Below are positions 27,041 through 36,417 of a stretch of 42,457 bases of DNA, piece by piece; position 1 is the stretch's first letter, and every line of letters starts with the position of its first letter. The stretch is taken from the sequence record DRR723986_793, one strand, 5' to 3'. A program made the translations under genes and the position numbers. The notes beneath the pieces were generated by a model that saw only the letters and a program-made list of their open reading frames with translations, was not told the DNA's origin and did not search any database.

Positions 27041-28498
27041 ATGTTTGACGCCCTCAGCGAACGGCTCGGCGGCATTTTCGACAACCTGACGGGGCGCGGC
27101 GCGCTGTCCGAGAAGGATGTGTCCGAAGCGCTGCGCGAAATCCGTGTTGCGCTGCTGGAAGCAGACGTCGCGCTGCCCGTGGTCAAGGACTTCATCGCCA
27201 AGGTGAAGACCCGCGCCGTGGGCGAGGAAGTCATCCGCTCCGTGAAACCGGGCCAGCAGGTCATCAAGATCGTCTATGACGGCCTGGTCGATATGCTGGG
27301 CGGGGAAGACGCCGATACCAGCCTGCGCGTCGACAGCCCGCCGGCTGTCGTCATGATGGCGGGCCTTCAGGGGTCCGGTAAAACGACCACGACCGGCAAG
27401 CTGGCCAAGCGCCTGTCGGAGAAGGGCCGCAAGAAAGTCCTGCTCGCCTCGCTCGACGTGCGCCGCCCGGCGGCCATGGAACAGCTGGCGATCCTGGCAG
27501 ACCAGTGTGGCGAGAATGTCAGCTCCCTGCCGATCGTGCAGGGTCAGCTGCCGGCGGACATCGCCCGGCGCGCCATGAACGCCGCAAAGATCGGCGGCTA
27601 TGACGTTCTCTTCCTCGATACCGCCGGCCGGACCAGTATCGACGAACAGATGATGACCGAGGTGGCCGAGATCGCAGAGATCGCCCAGCCGCAGGAAACG
27701 CTGCTCGTCGCAGATGCCCTGACCGGCCAGGATGCGGTCGAAACCGCGCGGCGTTTCCATGAACGCCTGCCGCTGACCGGCCTTGTCCTGACCCGGATGG
27801 ATGGTGATGGCCGCGGCGGCGCAGCGCTCTCCATGCGCGCGGTCACCGGCCTGCCGATCAAGTTCCTCGGTGTCGGCGAAAAGCTCGACGGGCTCGACGC
27901 TTTCGATGCGAAGCGCGTCGCGGGTCGCATCCTGGGGCAGGGGGACATCGTCTCGCTGGTCGAAAAAGCCGCCGAGCAGATGGACGCCGCGAAGGCCGAG
28001 CGGATGGCGGAGAAGATGCGCAAGGGCATCTTCGACCTCAACGATCTGGCTGATCAGCTGCGCCAGATGCAGCAGATGGGCGGTCTTGGCGGCCTGATGG
28101 GCATGCTGCCCGGCGCCCGCAAGGCCAAGCAGGCCATGGAAGCGGCAAACCTCGATGACAATGTCCTGAAACGTCAGGAGGCGATCATTTCCTCCATGAC
28201 GAAAGCCGAGCGCGAAAAGCCCGCGCTTCTCAACGCCTCGCGCCGCAAGCGCATCGCCGCCGGCTCCGGCACCACGGTGCAGGACGTGAACAAGCTGCTG
28301 AAGATGCACCAGCAGATGGCGGGCATGATGAAGAAGATGCGCACCAAGGGCGGCATGAAGAACATGTTGAGCATGGCGCAGCAGGCCGGCATCTCGCAGG
28401 CTGATCTTGCAAAGATGGGCGGGCAGCAGCTGCCGGGCCTTGGAGGCGGATCGCTGCCACCGGGCATGGGCGACCTGTTGGGGGGTAAAAAGAAATGA
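27041..28498 (+). CDS. ffh: Signal recognition particle protein Ffh
   Basis: MFDALSERL, GLQGSGKTTT, DTAGR and DGDGRGGAALS motifs, Met-rich M domain. Confidence 0.97.
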   Translation: MFDALSERLGGIFDNLTGRGALSEKDVSEALREIRVALLEADVALPVVKDFIAKVKTRAVGEEVIRSVKPGQQVIKIVYDGLVDMLGGEDADTSLRVDSPPAVVMMAGLQGSGKTTTTGKLAKRLSEKGRKKVLLASLDVRRPAAMEQLAILADQCGENVSSLPIVQGQLPADIARRAMNAAKIGGYDVLFLDTAGRTSIDEQMMTEVAEIAEIAQPQETLLVADALTGQDAVETARRFHERLPLTGLVLTRMDGDGRGGAALSMRAVTGLPIKFLGVGEKLDGLDAFDAKRVAGRILGQGDIVSLVEKAAEQMDAAKAERMAEKMRKGIFDLNDLADQLRQMQQMGGLGGLMGMLPGARKAKQAMEAANLDDNVLKRQEAIISSMTKAEREKPALLNASRRKRIAAGSGTTVQDVNKLLKMHQQMAGMMKKMRTKGGMKNMLSMAQQAGISQADLAKMGGQQLPGLGGGSLPPGMGDLLGGKKK

Positions 28499-28806
28499 CC
28501 GACATCGACACGACGCTGGCCAAGTTCCAGCTGAGCCAGTTCCGCGACAGCATCGACAATCTCGATGCCATCCTCGTCCACACGCTGGCCGAGCGGTTCA
28601 AGCTGACCCAGCAGGTCGGCAAGCTGAAAGCCCAGCACAATCTTCCGCCCGCGGACAAGGCCCGCGAAGCAGAACAGATCGAACGGCTCCGCGCCATGGC
28701 GCAGGACTCAGGCCTCGACCCGGCCTTTGCCGAGAAATTCCTCAATTTCATCGTGGCGGAAGTGATCCGCCATCATGAGCATATCCGCGGCCTAGAGGCC
28801 GACTAG
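28495..28806 (+). CDS. Chorismate mutase (AroQ type)
   Basis: [26 protein letters not shown] and [16 protein letters not shown]. Conserved position after ffh. Confidence 0.9.
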   Translation: MTDIDTTLAKFQLSQFRDSIDNLDAILVHTLAERFKLTQQVGKLKAQHNLPPADKAREAEQIERLRAMAQDSGLDPAFAEKFLNFIVAEVIRHHEHIRGLEAD

Positions 28807-28843
28807 AACATTCCAGAGACGCCAGTACACAGGAGATAACCCC

Positions 28844-29287
28844 ATGGCCCTCAAAATCCGGCTCGCTCGCGGCGGGTCCAAGAAACGCCCTTTCTACTCC
28901 GTCGTTGTTGCCGACGCTCGCGCCCCGCGTGACGGCCGCTTCATCGAGAAGATCGGCACCTATGATCCGCGCCTTCCGAAAGATTCGGAAAACCGCGTAC
29001 AGATCGATGCCGAGAAAGCCGCTGAATGGGTCCGCAAGGGCGCCCAGCCGACCGACCGCGTCGCCCGCTTCCTGTCGCAGCTCGAAGTCGACGGCAAGCC
29101 GGTCGTGACCTGGACGCACGGCAACAACCCGAACAAGGGCGAGCCGGGCAAGAAAGCTCAGGAGCGCATCAAGGAACGTGAAGAGAAAGCCGCTGCTGCC
29201 GCGGAAGCCGCTGCTGAAGCTGCTGCCGCTCCGGCCGAAGAAGCACCGGCTGAGGAAGCCCCGGCAGAAGAAGCCGCTTCCGAATAA
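28844..29287 (+). CDS. rpsP: 30S ribosomal protein S16
   Basis: [18 protein letters not shown]...[19 protein letters not shown]; Ala/Glu-rich tail. Confidence 0.97.
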   Translation: MALKIRLARGGSKKRPFYSVVVADARAPRDGRFIEKIGTYDPRLPKDSENRVQIDAEKAAEWVRKGAQPTDRVARFLSQLEVDGKPVVTWTHGNNPNKGEPGKKAQERIKEREEKAAAAAEAAAEAAAAPAEEAPAEEAPAEEAASE

Positions 29288-29311
29288 GCTGCCTGCCATC
29301 TGGCAAGCCAT

Positions 29312-29348
29312 GGAAGGGCCGGTACCCGCGCGGGTGCCGGCCTTTTCC
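29312..29348 (+). terminator. Intrinsic terminator after rpsP
   Basis: GGAAGGGCCGGTACCC-gcgc-GGGTGCCGGCCTTTTCC hairpin. Confidence 0.75.
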
Positions 29349-29456
29349 GTATGCGGCCCGAAAACCCGCCGGGAAGCTGAATGCAGGATAACGGGGAATC
29401 CCGATCGGGTTCAGATCGCTTCATCTAAAAGCGGCCTGTCCGAAAAGGAGCCTGTT

Positions 29457-30170
29457 ATGAAGACGACACTTGTTTCCGCGCTCGCCTTTGCGGCGGGTCT
29501 TGCAGCCCTGGCCTTGCCCGCAAGTGCCGATCATCGCGGTGACCGGGATACCTGGCGCGGCGGAGACTATCAGGGCCGCCAGGGCGGGGCCGTCCTCTAT
29601 TCCAATGCCGGTTTCCGTGGAGAAGCCGTGCGGATCGACGGCGCGGTGCCCAGCCTTGGCCGTATCGGTTTCAACGACCGGGCCTCTTCCATCGCGATCA
29701 ATCGCGGCGTGTGGGAAGTCTGCGTGAACGCGAACTTCCGTGGCCGGTGTGAAATCATCGATGCCAGCACAAGGCATCTGAATGCCTACCGCCTGAACGA
29801 CAATATCTCCTCGATCCGCCCGGCGGGGTATGACCGGGGCGGACGTCATGACCGGTGGGACGACCGACGGGATGGCCAGCGCGACGGCCGCCGAGGCGAC
29901 AGGGGTGGCAGACAGGGTGTCGTCCTGTTCCCGGATTCCAATCAGGGCGGCTATGCAATGGAGATCAGCCGGGATGTCGCCGATCTCAGCCAGTACCGAT
30001 TCAACGACAAGGCCAGTTCCTTCTATGTCAGCGGCGGCACCTGGCAGGTGTGCGAACACGCGAACTATCGCGGCCGCTGTGCGATCCTGACGGCAGGGGC
30101 CGGTGACCTCGGCCCGATCCGGATGAACGACAATATCTCGTCCATCCGCCGGTACAGTGGCTGGCGCTGA
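29457..30170 (+). CDS. Secreted beta/gamma-crystallin domain protein (two domains)
   Basis: AAGGAG SD and signal peptide (..PASA). Two domains with FNDRASS/LNDNISS and FNDKASS/MNDNISS motifs plus WEVC..ANFRGRC. Confidence 0.88.
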   Translation: MKTTLVSALAFAAGLAALALPASADHRGDRDTWRGGDYQGRQGGAVLYSNAGFRGEAVRIDGAVPSLGRIGFNDRASSIAINRGVWEVCVNANFRGRCEIIDASTRHLNAYRLNDNISSIRPAGYDRGGRHDRWDDRRDGQRDGRRGDRGGRQGVVLFPDSNQGGYAMEISRDVADLSQYRFNDKASSFYVSGGTWQVCEHANYRGRCAILTAGAGDLGPIRMNDNISSIRRYSGWR

Positions 30171-30221
30171 GGCACGGCAGCTGCCGCTTGCCCTTGGCGC
30201 GCGCGCCGCTACACAGGCGGC

Positions 30222-30773
30222 ATGAGCAAGACAGCAGACAACAGGCTGATCGTGGTGGGCGTCCTGAAGGGTGCCCATGGCGTTCGCGGCGATGTGCGGG
30301 TGAGAAGTTTCACCTCAGATCCTGACGCCGTATTCGATTTCGGCCCCCTGCTGGATGAATCCGGCAACGTGATCCTGACGCCGAAATCTGCCCGTCCGGG
30401 AAAGGACCATTTCATCGTCCGCCCGAAAGAGCAGAAGCAGAAGGAAGACTGGGATGCTCTGCGCGGCACCCTGCTGTACGTGCCCCGCGCCAGCCTGCCG
30501 GATGCGGACGAGGACGAGTTCTATATCGAGGATCTTGTCGGTCTCGATATCTATGGCGGCGGCAATGAACGAGCCGGCAGCGTTCGCGCCGTGCAGGATT
30601 TCGGGGCAGGGGATCTGCTGGAGATAGACCTCACCGGTGGCGGAAGTGTGTTCGTGCCTTTTACCCTGGCCGATGTGCCGGTTGTGGACCTCGCCGCCCG
30701 CCGCGTCGTGGTGGCGACGCTGGACGAATGGATGGCGGCACTGGACGAGGAAGAACCCCCGCCCGAGGCCTGA
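30222..30773 (+). CDS. rimM: Ribosome maturation factor RimM
   Basis: GAHGVRGDVRVRSFT, EFYIEDLVGL, DFGAGDLLEI and VPFT motifs. Confidence 0.95.
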   Translation: MSKTADNRLIVVGVLKGAHGVRGDVRVRSFTSDPDAVFDFGPLLDESGNVILTPKSARPGKDHFIVRPKEQKQKEDWDALRGTLLYVPRASLPDADEDEFYIEDLVGLDIYGGGNERAGSVRAVQDFGAGDLLEIDLTGGGSVFVPFTLADVPVVDLAARRVVVATLDEWMAALDEEEPPPEA

Positions 30774-30843
30774 CACAGTTTGTTGCGGGCCGTTCAGACA
30801 GGATTTGCCATACTTTCTGCCAGACTGAGTGAAAGTATGGCCG

Positions 30844-32547
30844 ATGATGACAAGGTTCCTCCGCCTCCTGGCAATGCTCGCCGCGCCGATCGCAATGGCT
30901 GCGGGAGTGCAGGCCCAGACAGAAACCTATGACTACGACCCCGCGACGGATGACGGGCCGCCGACGCTGATCCTCTACAGCGGCGCCAATTATTCCGGCG
31001 AAGCCCGCGAAATATACGACCCGGTCTACGCCCTGCCGAACCTGCAGTTCAACGACCGGGCCCGCTCCATCGCGGTGCTGTCGGGGCAGTGGGAAGTCTG
31101 CCAGCACAGTGACTTCACCGGCCGCTGTGTCTTCCTGCGCTATGACGTGCCGGATCTTGCCTGGTATGGCATGGACGCAGAGATCTCATCGGTGCGTCCT
31201 GTATATGAATATACAGATGCCGAGCATGGCCTGATGTTCGTGCGCGATGAGAATGGCTACATCCGTTATGTCGATGACGAGCAGTATGGCTATGACACCT
31301 ACAGCTATGGCTATGGCGCCTCGACCTCGATCCAGGTCTATCACTATGGCTATTCGCCTGATTACCGGCGCTACGGCTATTACGATCCGCGCCTTGGCTA
31401 CGACCCGTACGGCTTTGGCTGGTATGGCTACTCCCAGCCCTATTATTCCTCGACCCATTACCGGCGGGAACGTCCACCGCTGCGCGGGCACTATGGCGCG
31501 CGGGATGCGGCGGTCACGCTGTATACCGACTCCTATGACCGCGGCGCCTCGCTGGGCATCAATCGCGGCATCCGCGATCTCAGCCGCTACCGGTTCAATG
31601 ACAATGTGTCGTCGATCCAGATCCGGTCCGGCAAATGGGAAGTCTGCGAGCACGCCAATTTCCAGGGCCGGTGCCAGATCGTCGATGCCTCGGTCGACAA
31701 GCTGAACGGTCTGCGCCTGAACGACAACATTTCCTCGATCCGCCCGGTCGGCAGCACCGGCCATGACCGGTGGGACCGCCATGAACGGGACGGCCGGGAT
31801 GGGCGCCGGGGCGACTGGACAGGGGGCGACCGGAGGGACGGAGACCGCCGGGATGGAGACCGCACAAGACGCGATGCGCCGCAGGCGGGTATCAGCGCCG
31901 GCACCTATGATTCCGCCGCCCGTACGCCGCCAAAGGCAGGCCGCCTGCCGCCAGGCATCCGGAACATGCAATCTGAAGCCGCCGCTGCACAATCGGCCGC
32001 GCCGCTCCCGCGTGCAGTGACCTCCCCACCGGTCCGTCGGCCGGGTGAGCGCGTGGAAGAACGCCGGATTGAGCGGAGCCTCTCGGGTGGCCCGGCGGGG
32101 CGCAGCGGAACAGGCGTTCGCGCAACGCCTGCACCAAACCGCGCCCGGATCGAGCCGCCACGCATCAGCGCGCCGGAGCGCCGGGGAACGCCGCGCAGCC
32201 TGACACCAAAAGCCCCGGAGGTGCGCGCCGCGCCAACGCGTGACACCCGTCCGCCGGGCATGCGCCGGATCGAACCGCAGAGCCGTCCGGCAACGCCGGT
32301 CCGCCGCGCGCCGGAAGTCCGTCAGCCTGCGGTACGCGCGCCTGCAACACCCGCGCCGCGCATGACCCGGCCAGCCAGTCCGCCGCCACAGGCAAGAGCG
32401 CCCGCGTCGCAACCGGCTTCGCGCCCGGCCCCTTCGCCGCCGCCACGTGCCAGCGCGCCGCGCCCGGCCCCTCAGGCCGCGCCGAAACGGGATACCCGCC
32501 CACCTGCCATGCGCAGTTCAGGCCGCCCGACGCGGACGCAGGATTAA
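30844..32547 (+). CDS. Secreted beta/gamma-crystallin domain protein with Tyr/Gly-rich linker and Pro/Arg/Ala-rich tail
   Basis: Signal peptide (..VQA), two crystallin domains (FNDRARS, FNDNVSS, LNDNISS) and low-complexity segments. Start lies at 30829-30847. Confidence 0.85.
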   Translation: MMTRFLRLLAMLAAPIAMAAGVQAQTETYDYDPATDDGPPTLILYSGANYSGEAREIYDPVYALPNLQFNDRARSIAVLSGQWEVCQHSDFTGRCVFLRYDVPDLAWYGMDAEISSVRPVYEYTDAEHGLMFVRDENGYIRYVDDEQYGYDTYSYGYGASTSIQVYHYGYSPDYRRYGYYDPRLGYDPYGFGWYGYSQPYYSSTHYRRERPPLRGHYGARDAAVTLYTDSYDRGASLGINRGIRDLSRYRFNDNVSSIQIRSGKWEVCEHANFQGRCQIVDASVDKLNGLRLNDNISSIRPVGSTGHDRWDRHERDGRDGRRGDWTGGDRRDGDRRDGDRTRRDAPQAGISAGTYDSAARTPPKAGRLPPGIRNMQSEAAAAQSAAPLPRAVTSPPVRRPGERVEERRIERSLSGGPAGRSGTGVRATPAPNRARIEPPRISAPERRGTPRSLTPKAPEVRAAPTRDTRPPGMRRIEPQSRPATPVRRAPEVRQPAVRAPATPAPRMTRPASPPPQARAPASQPASRPAPSPPPRASAPRPAPQAAPKRDTRPPAMRSSGRPTRTQD

Positions 32548-32634
32548 GGCCGCAAAGGCAATGAAGAAAACCATTTATGGGCCATGTACGGACCGTTTAT
32601 ATGCCGGTTCCGGCAGGCCTGGTGCGCGGCTGGC

Positions 32635-33390
32635 TCAAGGCTTTTCTGCGCGCGGGTCGTTCCATTCGGCGGCGATGCCATAGCCGCCCCGGCGGACCAG
32701 CCAGAACATGCCGATCAGGTCGAAGATCCCGGCGCCGAGCCGCCCGAGGAAACCGTATTTGGATTCCCCGGCCAGGCGCCGGCGGTCGTTCACCAGTTCC
32801 TCGCGCACGTCCCAGCCCGCGCGTTTGACCAGCGCCGGCAGGAAGCGGTGCATGGAGGCGAAATAGGGCAGGTCCCGGAAGGCGGCCGTACGGATCAGCT
32901 TCCAGCCGCAGCCCGTGTCAGTCGCATCATCCTGCAGGACGAAGCGGCGCACGCCGTTGGCGACACGTGACTGGACCCATTTGAAGCCGGAATCGTTCCG
33001 GCTGTTCCGCTTGCCTGCGATGAGGCCGAGCCGGCCCGGCGCACCCGGGGCGACAATCGCCTTCCACAAACGGGCGGTGTCGCCGGGGTCGTTCTGGCCA
33101 TCTCCATCCAGAAGTTGGACCCATTCGCCGCGTACAGATTTCAGGCCCGTGAAAAGTGCAGCGGATTTCCCGCGGCGCTGAATGTGGCTGAGTACAAAAA
33201 CCGTATCCGGATGCTTCGCCTTCGCTTCGGCGAGTTCGGCGCCCGTCGCGTCCGACGACTGGTCGTTCACGCAGATGATTTCGAACGGAATCCCGGCCAG
33301 CTGTTCATGCACCTCGTCGATCACGGGGTGGACGTTTCCGGCTTCATTGAAGAAGGGAATGATAACAGAGAGAGCGGGGGTCGCGGTCAT
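32635..33390 (-). CDS. Glycosyltransferase family 2 (dolichol-phosphate mannosyltransferase-like)
   Basis: SVIIPFFNE, VNDQSSD, GKSAAL, LDGDGQND, DTGCG and HRFLPAL motifs. Confidence 0.9.
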   Translation of the reverse strand: MTATPALSVIIPFFNEAGNVHPVIDEVHEQLAGIPFEIICVNDQSSDATGAELAEAKAKHPDTVFVLSHIQRRGKSAALFTGLKSVRGEWVQLLDGDGQNDPGDTARLWKAIVAPGAPGRLGLIAGKRNSRNDSGFKWVQSRVANGVRRFVLQDDATDTGCGWKLIRTAAFRDLPYFASMHRFLPALVKRAGWDVREELVNDRRRLAGESKYGFLGRLGAGIFDLIGMFWLVRRGGYGIAAEWNDPRAEKP

Positions 33391-33448
33391 ATCCTTTCCC
33401 GTATAGAAGACTGCGCCTTCCGGCAAACTTATTTGCGAGTGATTTGCA

Positions 33449-33778
33449 ATGGATATCTATCACATCTGGTTTGATCTGAAGCCGGGCACAGACGAGCGGG
33501 CCTTCGCAAAGGCACTGCCCGCCTTCCTTGACCGGATGAAAGCTGATGGGCAGATCGAGGCCTGGCGCATGATGCGCTGCAAGTTGGGCCTGCGCCCCGA
33601 TGCGATCCGCGAGTTCCACATCATGATTGAAACGCGTGACCTCGCCCAGCTGGACGAGGCCTTCCGCGCGGCGGCAGCGCGGGAAGGGGGGGTGGACGAG
33701 CTTCACTTCTCCGCCAACGCCATGGTGACGAATGTGAAATTCGGCCTGTTCCGCGACTGGCCGGATTGGCAGTCCTAA
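33449..33778 (+). CDS. Small conserved hypothetical protein (DUF6614-like)
   Basis: YHIWFDLK...R.KLGL...EFHIMIE..DLAQLD.AF...LFRDWPD. Family name recalled, not searched. Confidence 0.7.
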   Translation: MDIYHIWFDLKPGTDERAFAKALPAFLDRMKADGQIEAWRMMRCKLGLRPDAIREFHIMIETRDLAQLDEAFRAAAAREGGVDELHFSANAMVTNVKFGLFRDWPDWQS

Positions 33779-34290
33779 ACCACTCCGTCCCCGGCCTTTG
33801 CGCCATCCCCCATCCCGGCAATCGCCTCGATGGCTTCCCACTCCGCGACGATCTCGTCGACATAGGCGACGAAGCTTTTGGCGTAGAAGGGTTTCGACTC
33901 CTTCCACCAGTCACGGATGGCGGCAGAATCCAGGCTGTCGCGCAGGCGGGCCTCGGTGCCGCCCCATAACTCTTCCTCGAACACGCCGAAGCGTCTGTGC
34001 GTATGCAGAACTTCATAATGGCGGAAACTGGCGGACAGGAAGTTTGTCGCCCGCAGGCGCTCCGGCCGGGACCAGCTTTCCGGTGCGCCCTCTCTGGTGA
34101 TCAGTTCGGCCAGGTCCGGGCTTTCGATGATCCGGCCGAGATTGGTGGACATCATCTGCGCGGAGGTCTGCGCGGCGGCCATGCGCGTCAGTTCCGCATT
34201 CTGTTTCAGCTGGATGCCGATGAAGACCAGCGTCAGCACCACGGCGGCGGACGCTAAAATATTGGCGATGGTGGCGATGGTGTCGAGCAT
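33775..34290 (-). CDS. Hypothetical protein with N-terminal transmembrane helix
   Basis: GGAGG SD before ATG 34290; hydrophobic N-terminus followed by a helical domain (IRDWWK...F..YVD). Confidence 0.75.
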   Translation of the reverse strand: MLDTIATIANILASAAVVLTLVFIGIQLKQNAELTRMAAAQTSAQMMSTNLGRIIESPDLAELITREGAPESWSRPERLRATNFLSASFRHYEVLHTHRRFGVFEEELWGGTEARLRDSLDSAAIRDWWKESKPFYAKSFVAYVDEIVAEWEAIEAIAGMGDGAKAGDGVV

Positions 34291-34362
34291 GGAATGATCC
34301 TCCCCAGGACTTGGAGCCATCAAGCGCCAGCCCCCGGGAAAAATCAATTCGGCCGGAAAGGC

Positions 34363-34767
34363 TCAGGCGGTCTGTGCGTCCGCCGTGTCATCGGAATAGA
34401 CATCGTGGCGCAGGCTGGCGCGGGTCGCATTCAGCATCATCAGGCCCAGCCCGAAATAGGCGGCCATCCACGCAAAACCAAACGCGCCATCATGCAGGCC
34501 GCGCATCGTGGCGAGCACGAGCAGCGCCATCAGCAGGATCGAACTGACCAGACCGCGGCCGGACCAGACCCGCCATGCGAGGAACAGGATGAGCGAGGTC
34601 TCAAGCCCCGTCGCGGCCAGCTGGAAATTTGCCGGGATGACGGAGGCGGCTCCCAGAAGGCCTTCGAGGAAGAGAATGCCGGCAAAGACAATTCCGGCAA
34701 TCGCGCCGCCCCGTGCCAGACGCACCACATCCCCGAGGGAGGTGATTTCCGGAAACAATCTGTTCAT
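34363..34767 (-). CDS. Hypothetical membrane protein (about 4 TM)
   Basis: MNRLFPEIT... with four hydrophobic segments. Fills the gap below the TMEM165 gene. Confidence 0.7.
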   Translation of the reverse strand: MNRLFPEITSLGDVVRLARGGAIAGIVFAGILFLEGLLGAASVIPANFQLAATGLETSLILFLAWRVWSGRGLVSSILLMALLVLATMRGLHDGAFGFAWMAAYFGLGLMMLNATRASLRHDVYSDDTADAQTA

Positions 34768-34840
34768 TCTGATTTCCCCACCGCGTAACTCTGCGCTTCT
34801 ACTTTTGATTTCATTGCAGATTCTGTCAATGGCAGTTTTG

Positions 34841-35410
34841 TCAAACCCAGCCCGCTGTCTGGGCCGCCAGCCACACGCCGATGACAATGAACAAGGCCGC
34901 CGCTATGAAGCGGACGATATTCAGCGGCACGCGCTCGATCAGTTCATGCCCCAGGAACACGGCCGGTACATTGGCCAGCATCATGCCCAGCGTCGTGCCG
35001 GCGGTGACCCAGACGATCTGGTCGAAGCGGGCGCCGAGCGCGATCGTGGCCAGCTGGGTCTTGTCGCCCATTTCGACGAGGAAGAAGGCAATCAGCGTGG
35101 CGAAGAAGGCGCCGAAGCGGGTCGGCTTGTCGTCGAGGTCGTCCAGCTGGTCGGGGATCAGCGTCCATAAGCCCATGATCACGAAGGACGCGGCAATGAT
35201 GTAGCGGAACCATTCGCCGTCCAGAATATTGGCGACACTTGCGCCGACGAGAGCTGCGAGGAAATGGTTCGCCAGTGTCGCGATCAGGATGCCGAGGATG
35301 ATTGCCAGGGGAGAGCGGAACCGGGTTGCCAGAAGAATGGCGAGCAGCTGTGTCTTGTCGCCGATTTCGGCCAGCGCGACGACAGCGGTGGATGTGAACA
35401 GGGCTTCCAT
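34841..35410 (-). CDS. TMEM165/GDT1 (UPF0016) family putative Mn2+ exporter
   Basis: Two E-x-G-D-K-T motifs (AEIGDKTQL and VEMGDKTQL). Lies under a yybP-ykoY riboswitch; start at ATG 35410. Confidence 0.93.
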   Translation of the reverse strand: MEALFTSTAVVALAEIGDKTQLLAILLATRFRSPLAIILGILIATLANHFLAALVGASVANILDGEWFRYIIAASFVIMGLWTLIPDQLDDLDDKPTRFGAFFATLIAFFLVEMGDKTQLATIALGARFDQIVWVTAGTTLGMMLANVPAVFLGHELIERVPLNIVRFIAAALFIVIGVWLAAQTAGWV

Positions 35411-35486
35411 GAGGGTCAGGTCTCCATGCCGGGCCTTGTTCGAGTCCAACGACATCGCTCCCCACGCCCGGCAAGGCAGGAGGCGA

Positions 35487-35600
35487 CGTCATTGGTCTCG
35501 CCCGGACGGTCATGACCGCCCCTTCCGCACCACGGCCTCTCAGCCGAGTATGTTGACACGGAAGCCCGCCTTTCGGCGGCTGGCTACTCCCCAGATGACG
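35487..35600 (-). ncRNA. yybP-ykoY manganese riboswitch
   Basis: Minus strand reads CGTCAT-CT-GGGGAGTAGCC...CGTGTCAACATACTCGG...CCGTGGTGCG...GGCGAGACC-A-ATGACG, the canonical conserved segments with a closing P1. Confidence 0.92.
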
Positions 35601-35691
35601 GGCTGGGGGTAATCGGGATCATCGTGAAGGGCAAGAGGGGACGCAGCGATGAAACGGTGACGCGTGGCCATGCCTGCGCTAAAGGCAGCCC

Positions 35692-36417
35692 ATGTTCGAG
35701 ACGAGTTTCATCACATTGTTTCCGGAGGCCTTTCCGGGCCCGCTGGGCGTGTCCATCCTGGAGCGCGCCCGCAGGGAAGGCATCTGGGACTGGGAAACCA
35801 TCCAGCTGCGCGACTTCGGTATCGGCAAGCACCGCAATGTCGATGCGCCGCCGACCGGGGGCGGGGCGGGCATGGTGCTGCGCCCGGATGTGGCCGCGGC
35901 CGCACTGGACAGCATCGTCACCACGAACAAGCACCTCATCTATCTCTCCCCGCGCGGGAAACCGTTCACACAGGCAATGGCGCATGAATTCGCCGCCAGC
36001 CCGGGGCTCGTCATGTTCTGCGGCCGGTTCGAAGGCCTCGATCAGCGCGTGATCGAAACCCATGGCCTGGAAGAGGTCTCCATGGGCGATTTCGTCCTCG
36101 CCGGCGGGGAAGTGGCGGCCATGGCGCTGACCGAAGCGGTGGTGCGCCTGCTGCCCGGCGTGGCCGGCAATGCGGACTCGTTGAGTGAGGAATCCTTCGA
36201 GAATGGTCTCCTGGAACATGACCAGTATACGATGCCCAGACAGTGGGGCCCGTACGGGACCCCGGATGTCTTGCTGTCCGGCGATCACAAACGCATCGCA
36301 GAATGGCGTTTGAACAGCGCAAAGGCGTTGACAAAACAACGCCGCCCCGATTTATACGCCGCTTACTCCGAAACCCACGATATCCAAGCGCCGGAGACAG
36401 GCGATGAACATTATTGA
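35692..36417 (+). CDS. trmD: tRNA (guanine37-N1)-methyltransferase
   Basis: [43 protein letters not shown] and LLSGDH motifs. Confidence 0.96.
   Translation: MFETSFITLFPEAFPGPLGVSILERARREGIWDWETIQLRDFGIGKHRNVDAPPTGGGAGMVLRPDVAAAALDSIVTTNKHLIYLSPRGKPFTQAMAHEFAASPGLVMFCGRFEGLDQRVIETHGLEEVSMGDFVLAGGEVAAMALTEAVVRLLPGVAGNADSLSEESFENGLLEHDQYTMPRQWGPYGTPDVLLSGDHKRIAEWRLNSAKALTKQRRPDLYAAYSETHDIQAPETGDEHY

Noticed and set aside
29377-30800. Shared GTTCAGA upstream of both crystallin genes (29409 and 30792) as a regulator site
   Set aside because: A 7-nt match in two places is too weak without comparative data.
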